Assembly: GCA_052426225.1 (NCBI GenBank)
Contig: JBNJNM010000015.1
Location: forward strand, 1-64,000
Reading direction: 5' to 3'
From: Zancudomyces culisetae HAW-14-8
Lineage: Eukaryota; Fungi; Kickxellomycota
Length of the DNA: 64,000 nucleotides
Shown here: positions 19,528 to 31,769 of the stretch, piece by piece
Layout of the letters: every line of letters begins with the position of its first letter
How positions within the stretch are numbered: the first letter of the stretch is position 1
Notes under the pieces: generated by a model
The model's database searches: none
What the model saw: the letters and a program-made list of their open reading frames with translations, nothing else
What the model was told of the DNA's origin: nothing
Program-made: the position numbers and the translations under genes

Positions 19528-20844
19528 TTAGTACATAAGGTATTTGGATCTGAGTTGAGTAAAGGCAGCAACATCAGCTTGGTATGAGCTGACAATTGTT
19601 GGGTAGCTGGCCCCTTCGTTCAAGAAGTTTCTCAACTTTGTGTTTCCTGACAATTTGTCAATGAAGTTGGTTGCCAAGATTGTAAAGTTTGCTGGGAATT
19701 GGTTTCTGATGGTTGAAAGTGCTGCAATTGCAGATGTAATTGGGCGATAGGTTCTGCGGTCGCTAACGTAAACTTGCAATCCACCACATTCAACTCCAGA
19801 GAACTTAGAGAATGATGGTGTGAAGTAGAAAGGTCTGAAGATGACTCCTGGAAGTTTGTATGAGTTAAGTGTCTTTACCAATGTGTCAAGTGCAAGATCT
19901 TTCATGAATGGTGCTCCGACAGTTTCAAATGGTCTGGTTGTTCCACGGCCTTCGCTCAAGTTGGTTCCTTCAAAGAGTGATTGACCTGGGTATACCATGG
20001 CTGTTGATGGTGTTGGCATATTTGGTGATGGCATGATCCATGGGAGACCGGTTTGATCAAAGTACATGCTACGTTCCCATCCTGTCATTTTGATGACTTG
20101 GAGATCAATCTTCTTGACTGCTGTGTTGTTGAGCTGTACTTCATTTGGCAAGAATTCCTCGTTAAACAATGTTGCAAGTTCACCAACAGTCATGCCGTGT
20201 TGTTGAGCGATTTCGCGTCTTCCGACAAATGAGGCGTTTTGAAGTTGGAGAGTAGCTCCATCAACAACCAACCCTCCGACTGGGTTTGGTCTGTCGAGAA
20301 CTATAAACTTCTTTTTGGCAAGGGCAGCGCCGACCATTGCATCATACATAGTCCAGATGTATGTGTAGAATCGGGCTCCGACATCCTGGATATCGAAAAC
20401 CAAAGTGTCAGCTTCCATTTGGTTGAATGCGTTAGCCCATTGCGAGCCATTGGTAAATGCATATCCGTCATATACTGTAAGGTTAGTAATGACATCACGG
20501 TATGTGGCTGCTCCGAGTGATTCTCCTGCTTGAGCTGCTCCACGGAATCCGTGCTCTGGTCCGACGACACCAACAATCTTCATCTTATTTTGTGCAACGA
20601 GATAATCTACCTCATGTACCAGATTTCTATTTACTGCTGTTGGATTTGTGATGAAACCATAGCTTGACTTGAAGTCAAAGTCAGGAGATTTCATCATTTC
20701 AAGCCAGTTTTCAAATCCGGTTTTAACGTTTCCTACTGGGCTTCCTGTGTCTGGGCAGTGGGTGTTGTCCACGGGGTAGCGTGGCTTGCATTTTGCTGCA
20801 GCGGTTACAGACGCCAAAAGTGACACTATTGTCGTAAACTTCAT
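19528..20844 (-). CDS. namZ: Secreted exo-beta-N-acetylmuramidase NamZ-like protein (DUF1343/YbbC, GH171), 438 aa, copy 1
   Basis: ATG at 20844 gives signal peptide MKFTTIVSLLASVTAA. Family motifs GPEHGFRG, FDIQDVGARFYTYI, VLDRPNP, HGMTVGELA, WIMPSPNMPT, FEGTNLSEGRGTTRPFE. Intronless. Confidence 0.93.
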   Translation of the reverse strand: MKFTTIVSLLASVTAAAKCKPRYPVDNTHCPDTGSPVGNVKTGFENWLEMMKSPDFDFKSSYGFITNPTAVNRNLVHEVDYLVAQNKMKIVGVVGPEHGFRGAAQAGESLGAATYRDVITNLTVYDGYAFTNGSQWANAFNQMEADTLVFDIQDVGARFYTYIWTMYDAMVGAALAKKKFIVLDRPNPVGGLVVDGATLQLQNASFVGRREIAQQHGMTVGELATLFNEEFLPNEVQLNNTAVKKIDLQVIKMTGWERSMYFDQTGLPWIMPSPNMPTPSTAMVYPGQSLFEGTNLSEGRGTTRPFETVGAPFMKDLALDTLVKTLNSYKLPGVIFRPFYFTPSFSKFSGVECGGLQVYVSDRRTYRPITSAIAALSTIRNQFPANFTILATNFIDKLSGNTKLRNFLNEGASYPTIVSSYQADVAAFTQLRSKYLMY

Positions 20845-23800
20845 TTTTGCTTTGTTTATATTAATAAAACGGTTTAAAGGGGTAGTTCTGAGTGTTTCTT
20901 GTCTAAAACCAGTCTTCAAATACTTTCAGCTTATATACTTTTATATTTAAAAAATGAAAGAAACGCACTGTGCTTTGTTGTTTTTTTTTTTTTTGAACTT
21001 TGTTATTATATTTCGGCTATTACGGGCATTTTGATCTGATCCAGCCAACAGTCCTCGGTGGAATTCAAAAATTCGGGCAATTGGTAGCTATTAAAATTCT
21101 GATATCGCAGTGGTCCGTCACAGAACGTTTGTTTTTTAGATGCACATTTTTTTTATTTTGCATTAAGCATTATGTTATGGCAAAATCCTATTTAATTGCG
21201 ATATTTATTTAAATCCAATTGGGTTCATAGGCCACTATTATTTATTAACAGGCCAGTTTTTACATATTATAAATCGAAAAATATTTTCAAGGCTGTTTCC
21301 AAGAGCATATCATACTATAAAAATTGGTATTCATTGTATGAAATATGTTTCATATACGTGATGAATGTGATTAATACTTCGTAGGGTAGTAACAGTTTGG
21401 CATTTAATATATTTATAACCTACAGAATGTTGTGGAAAAGATTATTGTTACTGTAAAGGTGAGGATATTAATTCAGTAATAACAAGTTGTCAAGAATATA
21501 TCATTTGGCAAACACCGATAATATTTTACTCAATTTTTAACGAATAAAAATCACTGTAGCTTAAAATGTTTAAAAGAATTTTTTTTAATTTGAATACTGA
21601 TTGTTTTATATAATATATTTATGCATCCACTTATAGAGATAAAAGTGTTGATGTAATTATTGTCTTTTTCCTTTGGTAGCTATTGTTTTTTTTTTGGCAG
21701 ATTCGATGTTTACAGTTTTAACGGTCATTTTGTAGATAATCTTCGATGAATTACTATTTTGATTTTCCAAATTTTTGTTACATAAGAAATTTCAAAAATA
21801 TTTCGCGATAATAAAAAAAGCAAAATGCATAAAAAATAGTCCAAGTGCAAAAATAATTTAAAAATCAGTTACATATGATGGCCCAGGGCCAAAACAATAC
21901 CCATGAAATAGCACTTAAAATTATAGTTAAAACATGGCAAACAGTACTGAATCTGAATAACCAAGCTATTTCTAATAGGGATATATACCGTTTATCCTGC
22001 ATTCTGGTATAATTTCCGAAAAATATTGATCTTCTATATTTTTGGAATCCTGTATTTTAGCTTTATGACTATTTCTAAATCTACTATCAATGATTGTTAA
22101 AAAGTTAGTATAACGTTACATTCAGGATGGTATCTTTTTATTGTAAACATTAAATATTACTAAAATGCATTAAATACTCAACCCCTTTCCATTTCCCCCG
22201 CTTTACTAGAAAAAATAATGGCCAATAACTATACCTTAGCTGCACAGTCATCTTTTTTTAACCATTTGATAAAAAGCTAAATATTACAAACGTGAGACCC
22301 TGTTAAAATCTGAACATATCCTCAGCGACTTGGTAATAGCGTAAAAGAACACACCATATCACTAGCACAATGTTAACAATGGCTACTAAAGAATCAGAGT
22401 TGATCATTAAAAAAAAATTAAAAAAATTATTTGGGGGAGATTTGTTAGAGACAGCTTCTGTGGTTTTAAATGTTTTTGCGATTCAGTAAAAAAAATTGTG
22501 CTCCAAAAGTCGCCTTATTAGATATTTTTTCGGCTGTATTGAGTATATTTAATACTTATTTTTATTTATAATACATTAGGTTAAACTCAGTTTTAGGCTG
22601 TTTGCCACAGTTTGGTTAGTCATATTTTTGCTCCATCGGCTGATTATGTTGTGAATCCGACTGAAAATATTAGAAATAACAGTACGATATTGTACTGTGT
22701 CTACCAACAGACGTTTTTGCTTGCTACAAATATCTAGTAGTATGATTAACTGTTGGGATAAAAATGATGGAGGCGTTTCAAACCTTTCCCACTCTTTATT
22801 TTAGGTTTGTTCGATTGTCGTGTTTTTGAAATTACAACAGAATACGATGGTACACACCATACCATATATAATAAATACAAAGGTACACATGTTGTATGTA
22901 ATTTATAAAAATTGGTGGGGGTTATAGGAAATAAGTTGGGTATATTATAATATTTATAACATAATGCCTTTTCTTTCCGGGATAACTATTATATACACAT
23001 TAGTTTGCAGCAATTATATACTTTTATTTTTATTTTTCATAGCTACCCTCTATTTATGAGCTTTACATCATAAACTTCACTTTTTCAAAAAGAAGAAAGA
23101 AAAGATTATCAGTAATAGCGATTACTACTCGTCTCGGTATATTTTGTGGTCTCATGTTTTAGATTGAGTTATCTGTTTAAAAACAGGTACCACATAATAA
23201 CCATAAATAAATAGCTCCTAGACTATTCAAAATAAAACAACCTTAATCAAAAACCTGAAATTACCATTTTGCCTTTACAAATACAAAAATAATCTTGAAT
23301 ACTATCATACATGATCTAGATAAAGTTTATCACCATATGGATAACAAAGAATAGATGTATACCAATATAGAAACACTGCTTGGTCTATCTGCGTATCAGG
23401 GGTAGTGGTGTTATAACAACAAGTCTGTTGGTGATACAACTTTTTTTGTGGTAGGTTTTCTTTTAACACCATAACCATTTGTCCTTCTGTTTATACTAGA
23501 AATAATGGCTAGATTTCATACCTAACTGTTCTCTGATTCGTATTAAATGCTATTCCTGAAAAAGATGTATCCAACTTTTTCAAGTGGTTTTAACATTTTT
23601 TTATGAGCTGTTCAGCTTTAATGGTGGCTTGCTATTTTCTAACTAACCGATTTCATTTTTTAAAAACCATATTTTAAAGTTGAAAAAAATTTATATATTC
23701 AAAAGAAAAAGACAAATATCATAAATATATTAAAAAATGGATAAATCAAATAAGTTAAAAGTGTAATGTGAAAACTCAAAATCGATAAATTCTAGTAACT

Positions 23801-24064
23801 ACAGCATTGGCTGATATGGGTACGGTAACATATATGTTACTAATTGGTGAATATACTTTGAATTGGAGGAGACAGGTTTTGATGTTACACTGGTAGTGGA
23901 GGTATAGGCAAATTATGATTTGAATGTTAAATCAGGATTAGCATTTGAGACAGGATAAAATATCACTAGTTCATAACTGGTAGTAACTGTGACAGTTGAA
24001 GTTACGGTAGCAGCTGGTAGATAGTGAGTAACTGGAACACATTTTTTTGTTGGGTTTACAGTAG

Positions 24065-26974
24065 TTAAGCAACGGTTGGTGGTGCTGGTGGGTAGACAAC
24101 AACTTTACATGAAGTGGTAGGATATACTGTTTTGGTTACTAATATTTGGCCAAAAGTATAGGTGTTTGTGGTTGCAACTGGAGTATAGGTAACAGTGGTT
24201 GGTATAGTGCAATAAGTACATCCTGGCGTGCTTGGGGTGATTGTAACGGTGGTTGGTGCGGTAGGGTATATAGTCACAGTTGCAGTTGTTGGTTTAGGTG
24301 TGTAAGTAATGGTGCTTGGAACGGTGCAGTAAGTACATCCTGGTGTGCTTGGAGTAATAGTTACAGTTACTGGCTTAGTTTCATAACCTGGGGTTCCTGT
24401 AGTATTTGGAGTAACAGTGACGGTTGTTACAACGGTGCAGGTGCGGCATCCTGGAACTGTAACAGTGGTGGTGATAGTAGTTGGGACAGTTGGGTATCCT
24501 GTTGAGGTGGTAGTGGTTGGGTTGCATGGAAAATAGATGGTGATTGGGTTTTTAGTATAAGCAGGGAATGTAGTGGTGGCATTTGTGTTTTTGGTTGTTG
24601 TATCGGTTGTGGTATCGGTTGTGGTATCAGTGGTTGTATCGGTTGTGGTATCAGTGGTTGTATCGGTTGTGGTATCAGTGGTTGTGTCAGTGGTTGTGTC
24701 AGTTGTGGTATCAGTGGTTGTGTCAGTTGTGGTGTCAGTTGTGGTGTCAGTAGTAGTGTCAGTTGTGGTATCAGTTGTGGTATCAGTTGTGGTATCAGTT
24801 GTGGTATCAGTGATTGTATCAGTTGTGGTATCGGTTGGTGGTGCTGGTGGGTAGACAACAACTTTACATGAAGTGGTAGGATATACTGTTTTGGTTACTA
24901 ATATTTGGCCAAAAGTATAGGTTTTTGTGGTTGCAACTGGAGTATAGGTAACAGTGGTTGGTATAGTGCAATAAGTACATCCTGGCGTGCTTGGGGTGAT
25001 TGTAACGGTGGTTGGTGCGGTAGGGTATATAGTCACAGTTGCAGTTGTTGGTTTAGGTGTGTAAGTAATGGTGCTTGGAACGGTGCAGTAAGTACATCCT
25101 GGTGTGCTTGGAGTAATAGTTACAGTTACTGGCTTAGTTTCATAACCTGGGGTTCCTGTAGTATTTGGAGTAACAGTGACGGTTGTTACAACGGTGCAGG
25201 TGCGGCATCCTGGAACTGTAACAGTGGTGGTGATAGTAGTTGGGACAGTTGGGTATCCTGTTGAGGTGGTAGTGGTTGGATTGCATGGAAAATAGATGGT
25301 GATTGGGTTTTTAGTATAAGCAGGGAATGTAGTGGTGGCATTTGTGTTTTTGGTTGTTGTATCAGTGGTTGTGTCAGTGGTTGTGTCAGTTGTGGTGTCA
25401 GTAGTAGTGTCAGTTGTGGTATCAGTGGTTGTATCGGTTGTGGTATCAGTGGTTGTGTCAGTTGTGGTGTCAGTAGTAGTGTCAGTTGTGGTGTCAGTAG
25501 TAGTGTCAGTAGTAGTGTCAGTTGTGGTATCAGTGGTTGTGTCAGTTGTGGTATCAGTGGTTGTGTCAGTGGTTGTGTCAGTTGTGGTATCAGTAGTAGT
25601 ATCAGTAGTAGTGTCAGTGGTTGTATCAGTGGTTGTGTCAGTGGTTGTGTCAGTGGTTGTGTCAGTGGTTGTGTCAGTGGTTGTGTCAGTGGTTGTGTCA
25701 GTGGTTGTATCAGTGGTTGTGTCAGTGGTTGTGTCAGTTGTGGTATCGGTATCTGTATCGGTTGTTGTATCGGTTGTGGTGTCAGTGGTTGTATCGGTTG
25801 TGGTATCAGTGGTTGTGTCAGTGGTTGTGTCAGTGGTTGTGTCAGTTGTGGTATCGGTTGTTGTATCGGTTGTGGTGTCAGTGGTTGTGTCAGTTGTGGT
25901 ATCAGTGGTTGTGTCAGTTGTGGTATCAGTGGTTGTGTCAGTGGTTGTGTCAGTTGTGGTATCAGTGGTTGTGTCAGTGGTTGTGTCAGTGGTTGTATCA
26001 GTGGTTGTGTCAGTGGTTGTGTCAGTGGTTGTGTCAGTGGTTGTGTCAGTTGTGGTATCAGTGGTTGTGTCAGTGGTTGTGTCAGTTGTGGTATCGGTAG
26101 TAGTATCAGTAGTAGTGTCAGTGGTTGTATCAGTGGTTGTGTCAGTGGTTGTGTCAGTGGTTGTGTCAGTTGTGGTGTCAGTAGTAGTGTCAGTTGTGGT
26201 GTCAGTAGTAGTGTCAGTTGTGGTATCAGTTGTGGTATCGGTAGTAGTATCAGTAGTAGTGTCAGTGGTTGTATCAGTGGTTGTGTCAGTTGTGGTATCA
26301 GTTGTGGTATCGGTTGTTGTATCAGTGGTTGTGTCAGTGGTTGTGTCAGTTGTGGTTTCAGTGGTTGTTTCTGTCGAATTACACGTTTCTGGATCATTGC
26401 ATACATACTGAATATTTGAAATAACAGCTCCACTATCCTGCGCACCAAACGCCAAGTACAAATTTTGTGCGTCTACAAAATCGGTATTGTCAAACTCATC
26501 TGCAAATAATATAGCTATAAAATTGTCTTCATTACTATACCCCATTTTTATCCCACTACTATCAACTCGTAATATTAAATCTATGAGAGCCGTTTTTGCC
26601 ATAGCTGCGCGTACGTTTGGAAGATATGTACCTGCTCCTAGTGTCCATATGCGTGAGTTTAGGCCATATATACCTTCCACTACCAAGTTGCCATTAAACA
26701 GTGTTGCTGAAGTACTAATAGCTATATAAATATCAGACGTTCCGTCTACACTAAAAGTTACAGAATAATCTTGAGCTGGACAGGCTATCTGAAGCGCATC
26801 ATTCCAATCATATACTGGCACTACTTCATTATTTTGACCCTGTGGAATAATTATTGAGTCGATGGTCGTTTGACATTTTGAGTCATTTGATTGTGCAAGT
26901 GTACCTATGGGTAAAAGTAGTATCAACTTTGATACAACTAGTAATAGTGATATTATGCTCCCCATTGTATACAT
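24065..26974 (-). CDS. Secreted mucin/adhesin-like Thr-rich protein, copy 1 (TTTD repeats, two Cys/Thr/Pro modules, premature stop)
   Basis: Hydrophobic N-terminus (ATG 26974 or 26965), ~170-aa Cys-containing head, long TTTD array and a 759-bp internal duplication. The stop at 24065 is created by an indel relative to copy 2. Confidence 0.88.
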   Translation of the reverse strand: MYTMGSIISLLLVVSKLILLLPIGTLAQSNDSKCQTTIDSIIIPQGQNNEVVPVYDWNDALQIACPAQDYSVTFSVDGTSDIYIAISTSATLFNGNLVVEGIYGLNSRIWTLGAGTYLPNVRAAMAKTALIDLILRVDSSGIKMGYSNEDNFIAILFADEFDNTDFVDAQNLYLAFGAQDSGAVISNIQYVCNDPETCNSTETTTETTTDTTTDTTTDTTTDTTTDTTTDTTTDTTTDTTTDTTTDTTTDTTTDTTTDTTTDTTTDTTTDTTTDTTTDTTTDTTTDTTTDTTTDTTTDTTTDTTTDTTTDTTTDTTTDTTTDTTTDTTTDTTTDTTTDTTTDTTTDTTTDTTTDTTTDTTTDTTTDTTTDTTTDTTTDTTTDTTTDTTTDTTTDTTTDTTTDTTTDTDTDTTTDTTTDTTTDTTTDTTTDTTTDTTTDTTTDTTTDTTTDTTTDTTTDTTTDTTTDTTTDTTTDTTTDTTTDTTTDTTTDTTTDTTTDTTTDTTTDTTTDTTTDTTTDTTTDTTTDTTTDTTTDTTTDTTTKNTNATTTFPAYTKNPITIYFPCNPTTTTSTGYPTVPTTITTTVTVPGCRTCTVVTTVTVTPNTTGTPGYETKPVTVTITPSTPGCTYCTVPSTITYTPKPTTATVTIYPTAPTTVTITPSTPGCTYCTIPTTVTYTPVATTKTYTFGQILVTKTVYPTTSCKVVVYPPAPPTDTTTDTITDTTTDTTTDTTTDTTTDTTTDTTTDTTTDTTTDTTTDTTTDTTTDTTTDTTTDTTTDTTTDTTTDTTTDTTTKNTNATTTFPAYTKNPITIYFPCNPTTTTSTGYPTVPTTITTTVTVPGCRTCTVVTTVTVTPNTTGTPGYETKPVTVTITPSTPGCTYCTVPSTITYTPKPTTATVTIYPTAPTTVTITPSTPGCTYCTIPTTVTYTPVATTNTYTFGQILVTKTVYPTTSCKVVVYPPAPPTVA
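25358..26370 (-). repeat. 12-bp coding minisatellite (Thr-Thr-Thr-Asp)n; second block ~24598-24836
   Basis: Directly visible GTGGTTGTGTCA-type units with synonymous variation. Confidence 0.95.
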
Positions 26975-29900
26975 TTTTATTTTGTACAAGATATATATGT
27001 TTTTAGTATTAATAACCTTAATAAACTATAAATAAAATAGCAAACAGTATTTATCATATTTATATATGTTTGAAAGCAAAAAAATAAAATACATTTCACG
27101 CTGACGATGAACGATAGTTACACACAACATTGCTGACCTTGGTGTACTACTCTTATAATTAGATCTATTCCCTAAAAATATATTACCATCAATTAACTAT
27201 GTTAATTTAAATTTAACTGAGGTTCACATATCGGATTTACCTTTATTATTTTTACTAGGTTAATAAATGCATGAAGTCATAAATCCGACCTTTAGTTCTT
27301 TAACTAAACACGTGTAGTTGAAGCCCAGGTCTTGAAGTTCTTTTTTTTTAATTAAATCTTGGTTTTCATTTTTATAACAAAGTGCGTTCAACCCACATCA
27401 TCTTTAGCTTCAGTGTATCAAAAAGCTGCTCAGACACTGGGAAAGAAAAGGATAGGAAAGGGGATACCAAATAAAGCAAAGTATAACTCATTTGTTTTTA
27501 CTTTCTGTTAAAACCCTCTTTATGTTTGATACTCGTACTAATATGTGTTCGATCAGTTTCTCGCACAAATAAAAAACAAAACTTGTATTTGAGCTCTGGC
27601 AATCTACCGCTTATCAAAAATGATATTTGCTACGGGGCAAAACTTGATTTATGTGCTGTCTCCTTGGTTTACACTATCAAAAATATCTGGACTATGTACA
27701 TCATTTGGTTCAATAGTTGAGCCATTAGTTCTTTTTATTTTAACGCAAATTTGTTGTACAACTTTTAATTTTGAGCTAAATATTTTAATTAGAATTATCA
27801 TTTTCAGTATTTTTTTACTTATAATTAGTTAGTATAGTACGCACCATTCGCCATCACTAGGCTGCCAATTTAACATATTCACAAATTTAGCGACTATCTA
27901 ATTGCATTAAAATAATCAATATTTCACATATAATGTTCTTTGATATTAGGTGTTTTCTTCACAATCCCGGTTGTGTTTCCAGATTTAAGGACAATTTTCT
28001 TCATTACTGATTGATACAAAAATGTTTGTGTGAATTTTATCCAAGTTTATTATTTCTCAGCTATTGAGGTATTCACAAATGATTGTCGTGTTCACTGATT
28101 TCGAGCTCATTAGAGTACCCAAATTGCAAACTAATTGGCCCCTACTATATTAATAAATCTATTTAAAGTCGTGTACCACAACCTTTGAGCAACGAATAAA
28201 CAGCCTGCAAACAAAGCGCGCTGCTAAGCCTCACTAATAAATATATACAAACCACAATACTCAACTCGCTAGTTTCCGTTTATTTAAATGCAGAAGGATT
28301 CAAACGGTAACAAGGGCAGCAGTTTGTATAATTTTTTTGTAGGAAGGGGGTGTGCTAGGTCTCCTCAGCTTAAGAGCATGCACCATTTAACCACTCACAA
28401 ATAATTTGCTAGGTTACTGCTGACACCCCCGACCCTTTGAAGCTGTTTTTTTTCAGCTGCCATTGAGTGCGTATTTTTTAAATACTAGTTTATATACACA
28501 AGTAGCGGATAAACTATAGTAGCACAAGTCCTTTTGATTAAAATTATTGATAAATTTAACTGGAAAATTGACATATATTATGTATTGTACAATACCAATC
28601 ATTCAAATAATAAAATGTTTGTAATGTCAATATCTCATTAGTTGATGAGCAATCCTCTTTTTTACTGGTTTTCCTTCAATTTAGTTCAGAATTCCTGAGT
28701 TATACTGGGAAAATACTATCTGTTAAGCACCAATAAGACATCGCTAAATAGGCCCAATAAAAAAAAATGTTTACTTTGCTGTAACCAGAGAATAAAGCTT
28801 GTTAAATAAAACCATATACCTCATCAACTGAATTCGACGCAGAAATGCCATGCTGTTCCACGTTGGTTGAGGCTTATTTTAACTACACTGAACTCAACTT
28901 GATAGTTCTGTATTGTGCGATTTTACTTTTATCGCACCCCAACCTATAACCGACTTGTAAGCAAGTTTCATTAGACTTTTTCCTCAAGGAGAAAAGGATG
29001 AGTGCGTTCCTCCCCTCATCATTGGTAAGGATATACACATATCTTTGTCTATCTTTATCATAACTTTTGTATCACGCAGCATCTAGTGCTTTTAGATTTT
29101 GTTTAACCAACTAGACGCAAAAATTAGCGTATTTTACTACGCTCTTTTCTCTGCTACAACAAATATAGTTGTATCTAGGTATTTTTCCCATTTGTAAAAT
29201 TGTGGTTCTTTATCGGTGTTGATGGAGGTGCCATTGCATTTGAAAATTTATTAACACATTGCCTGCTTTAATTATTGCAATTAACTGCAATGCAACTTTT
29301 GTTTGTAACCTATAGCATGATATAGCTTGGGTTTCTACTCATGATACTTTTGGCATATTAAAAAACAGTACAGCAGCCAATTTTGTTAATAATATGACAA
29401 TTATAAATGAGAAGGGTGAAGAGATAGTTAAAAACCAGAACCTCGGTTGTATTTGTAGAACATTCTAAACAGGAATAAAATGTGAAATGGTACCCATTGC
29501 TGGTCATGCGTTCAGTATGGAAGGGTAATACCAGTGATAACACATCATTTATAACACCAACGACATTTCACCTATCCAGCAAATAAATTTGAAATCAATT
29601 TTTTGTAGAAATTAACTAGAGCATCAAGTAACCATAAAGGTAGTACCTACAAAGTTTATTCTCGAATTTCCAAGATATTAGTAGATACAAATATTGATTA
29701 TATTTGTTTAATAGAACTGTAATCACTAGCACCAAAAAAAAGTTTCTATAGAAATATTATTGTTGGAGAAGATGTCATAGGACAATACTTATACTGAGTC
29801 TAGCGGCATAAGGGAGTGAATAAAATAGCATTTTGACCTCATATCTATCCTATTTTTATGTTACCTTTTTCTATTGCAAAATACACGTATAATCTAGGAT

Positions 29901-31769
29901 AATTATTATGTAAATAGTGGTAGGAAAACCACCAGAACCAAAATTAAGTGAGAAAGAAAAGTATGGCATTCGTAAAGTTCGGGAAGCTATTGGCTTAACC
30001 AAGAAAAAATGTGCTTATGATTATTATAACGATGATTCGTATAATCTGTGTTGTAATTCTAAAACTAGCCGCTCTCGAACCAAGTTTGAAACTACCATGT
30101 GCTCATATAAAAGTGTAGTAGCCTTGAATGGGTGGATTATAATTTATTATTTTGGTTCTTTGAAACCTGAATTTTCTCTATATTTTACTTTTAAAAAATA
30201 AATATGGAAGGGCACAAACTGGACTAATTTGAAGTTTATTTTGTTTAAAAGTTGCACACTTTTCATAGAGTTGGAACACACTCGATAATTATAAAATTAG
30301 AACATTCTAATTTTTGTTTCTAAAGCATAGAAAAGATTTAATTTAAAAATATTGTAAAAAACACTACCTTTAGATTGCTAGACTATTTGGTGGTGTCGGG
30401 TGAGGTTGGGTGCAGCCTCATCCTTTGTCGGGTTCTTCAATTGCAAAAATACATAATCCATAATGTCAGCAAATGGGTCACTATCAGATGAGTATCTGTC
30501 CTCATCTCTTTCTGACTGGATCCATTTGGGTCTTAGTTTACTCATGAAGCCTGAAATTCTTTATGTTAGATTTAATAGTTTATAATATATTTTAAAGCTT
30601 AATATTCATCAACTAGCCGTAGTACTATTCCTAATAAACTTTGTATTTATCCTAATTTTTAATATCAATTTTTAACTTGTATTTATTTATCTTTCTTTTC
30701 TAAACTTATTAAAACTATAAAAGAGCTAAGAAATCCGCTAAATATCTATCTAGATTAAATATAATATTTCAATAAAACTACTGGTAGCTACATTATTTAA
30801 CCTATCTTATCCTTGATTCACTTGTCCTTTCTCTTGTTTTCGCTTTGACATTTGTGTTGCGTTGTTGATTTTTCCTTTTCTGGACTGTTTTTGTTCATCC
30901 CGGCTATATAGCAAAAGTTGCGTTCATATTATTTAAATTATTTAGTAAGTTGGCTTATGTGTTTTGAGAGAGTTTGTTTATTTAGAAAATTTTATTCATT
31001 AGTCTTGTAAACTTAAAAAAAACCAATATAATAACGACTGCTTTGACGACTAGGAAATTTGGTAATCCCCTCTAACAATCCTCTTTTTTGGGTAAATATT
31101 AGCGTGTTCCAAATCCTGTGTATATTATCAGGTTTTATTATAGTATTAAAAATTTAAACTTTATTTGACCGTTAGAATAAAACGAAAAGATTGTTAAATG
31201 AGTTTTTAATTATAAAGTTATACTTTATAAATTTAAATTAAGAGATATTAACTTTAATAATTACATAAACACTTATAGTAAATAATATATTATGCTTTAT
31301 TAAATAAAGTTTCAAAGATTAAAAAACCTAAGTAGCATAATGACGATTGTGTTCATTATATACTTTTCCTAGATAGTGATGCGATTCTTTTTCTCGTCGC
31401 TACTTTGCTATTCCGTTAAAAACGGTTTCTTTATTTAAGTTATTCTACTCGTCTTAAACTAAATAAAATGACTATTCTTTACTTTAAAACTATTTCTTAA
31501 AAAATAATATTTCCTCCTTGTTTCCTTTTCTTCCTTTTCTTCCTTTTCTTCTTAGTATATTTCCTTTTTTTCTTTTTGTGTTCTACTGTTGTTCGGTTGT
31601 AATATCCTGGTAACCTGATGACAAAACCCCATTAATTACGGTAATAATAATAATAGTACGTGAATCGTATAATATTAAAATTTAGAAATGTAAGTTAAAA
31701 AAATGATGTAGATTTAGGAATTTTAGTAAATTTATTCGGTCTGCTGACCACTTCGTAAACTGAACCGAG

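Larger units (their letters stand above)
17733..29063 (+). repeat. Segmental duplication, distal copy (direct repeat of 53304-64000; may extend further right)
   Basis: Identity begins abruptly at TATATTACTACAGAAAGG with offset 35571. ORFs are identical for the CAP59 3' part, LINE fragment and NamZ. The last bases of the window match ~29063. Confidence 0.97.

Noticed and set aside
19528-20844. Bacterial contamination as the source of namZ
   Set aside because: Embedded twice in AT-rich eukaryotic sequence contiguous with a telomere, with no operon context or bacterial neighbours.
25358-26370. CRISPR-like array
   Set aside because: Tandem repeats with no unique spacers, in a eukaryotic context, with no cas genes.
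24146-26448. Overlapping and antisense ORFs (VVVS, QPLT, CQWL repeats) here and at 59718-61387
   Set aside because: Alternative frames of the 12-bp mucin repeat. Synonymous variation preserves the TTTD frame, which also has the signal peptide.
29300-31760. Short ORFs and strand-biased, coding-like sequence left of element 3
   Set aside because: Probably TE relics, but no diagnostic motif was found.
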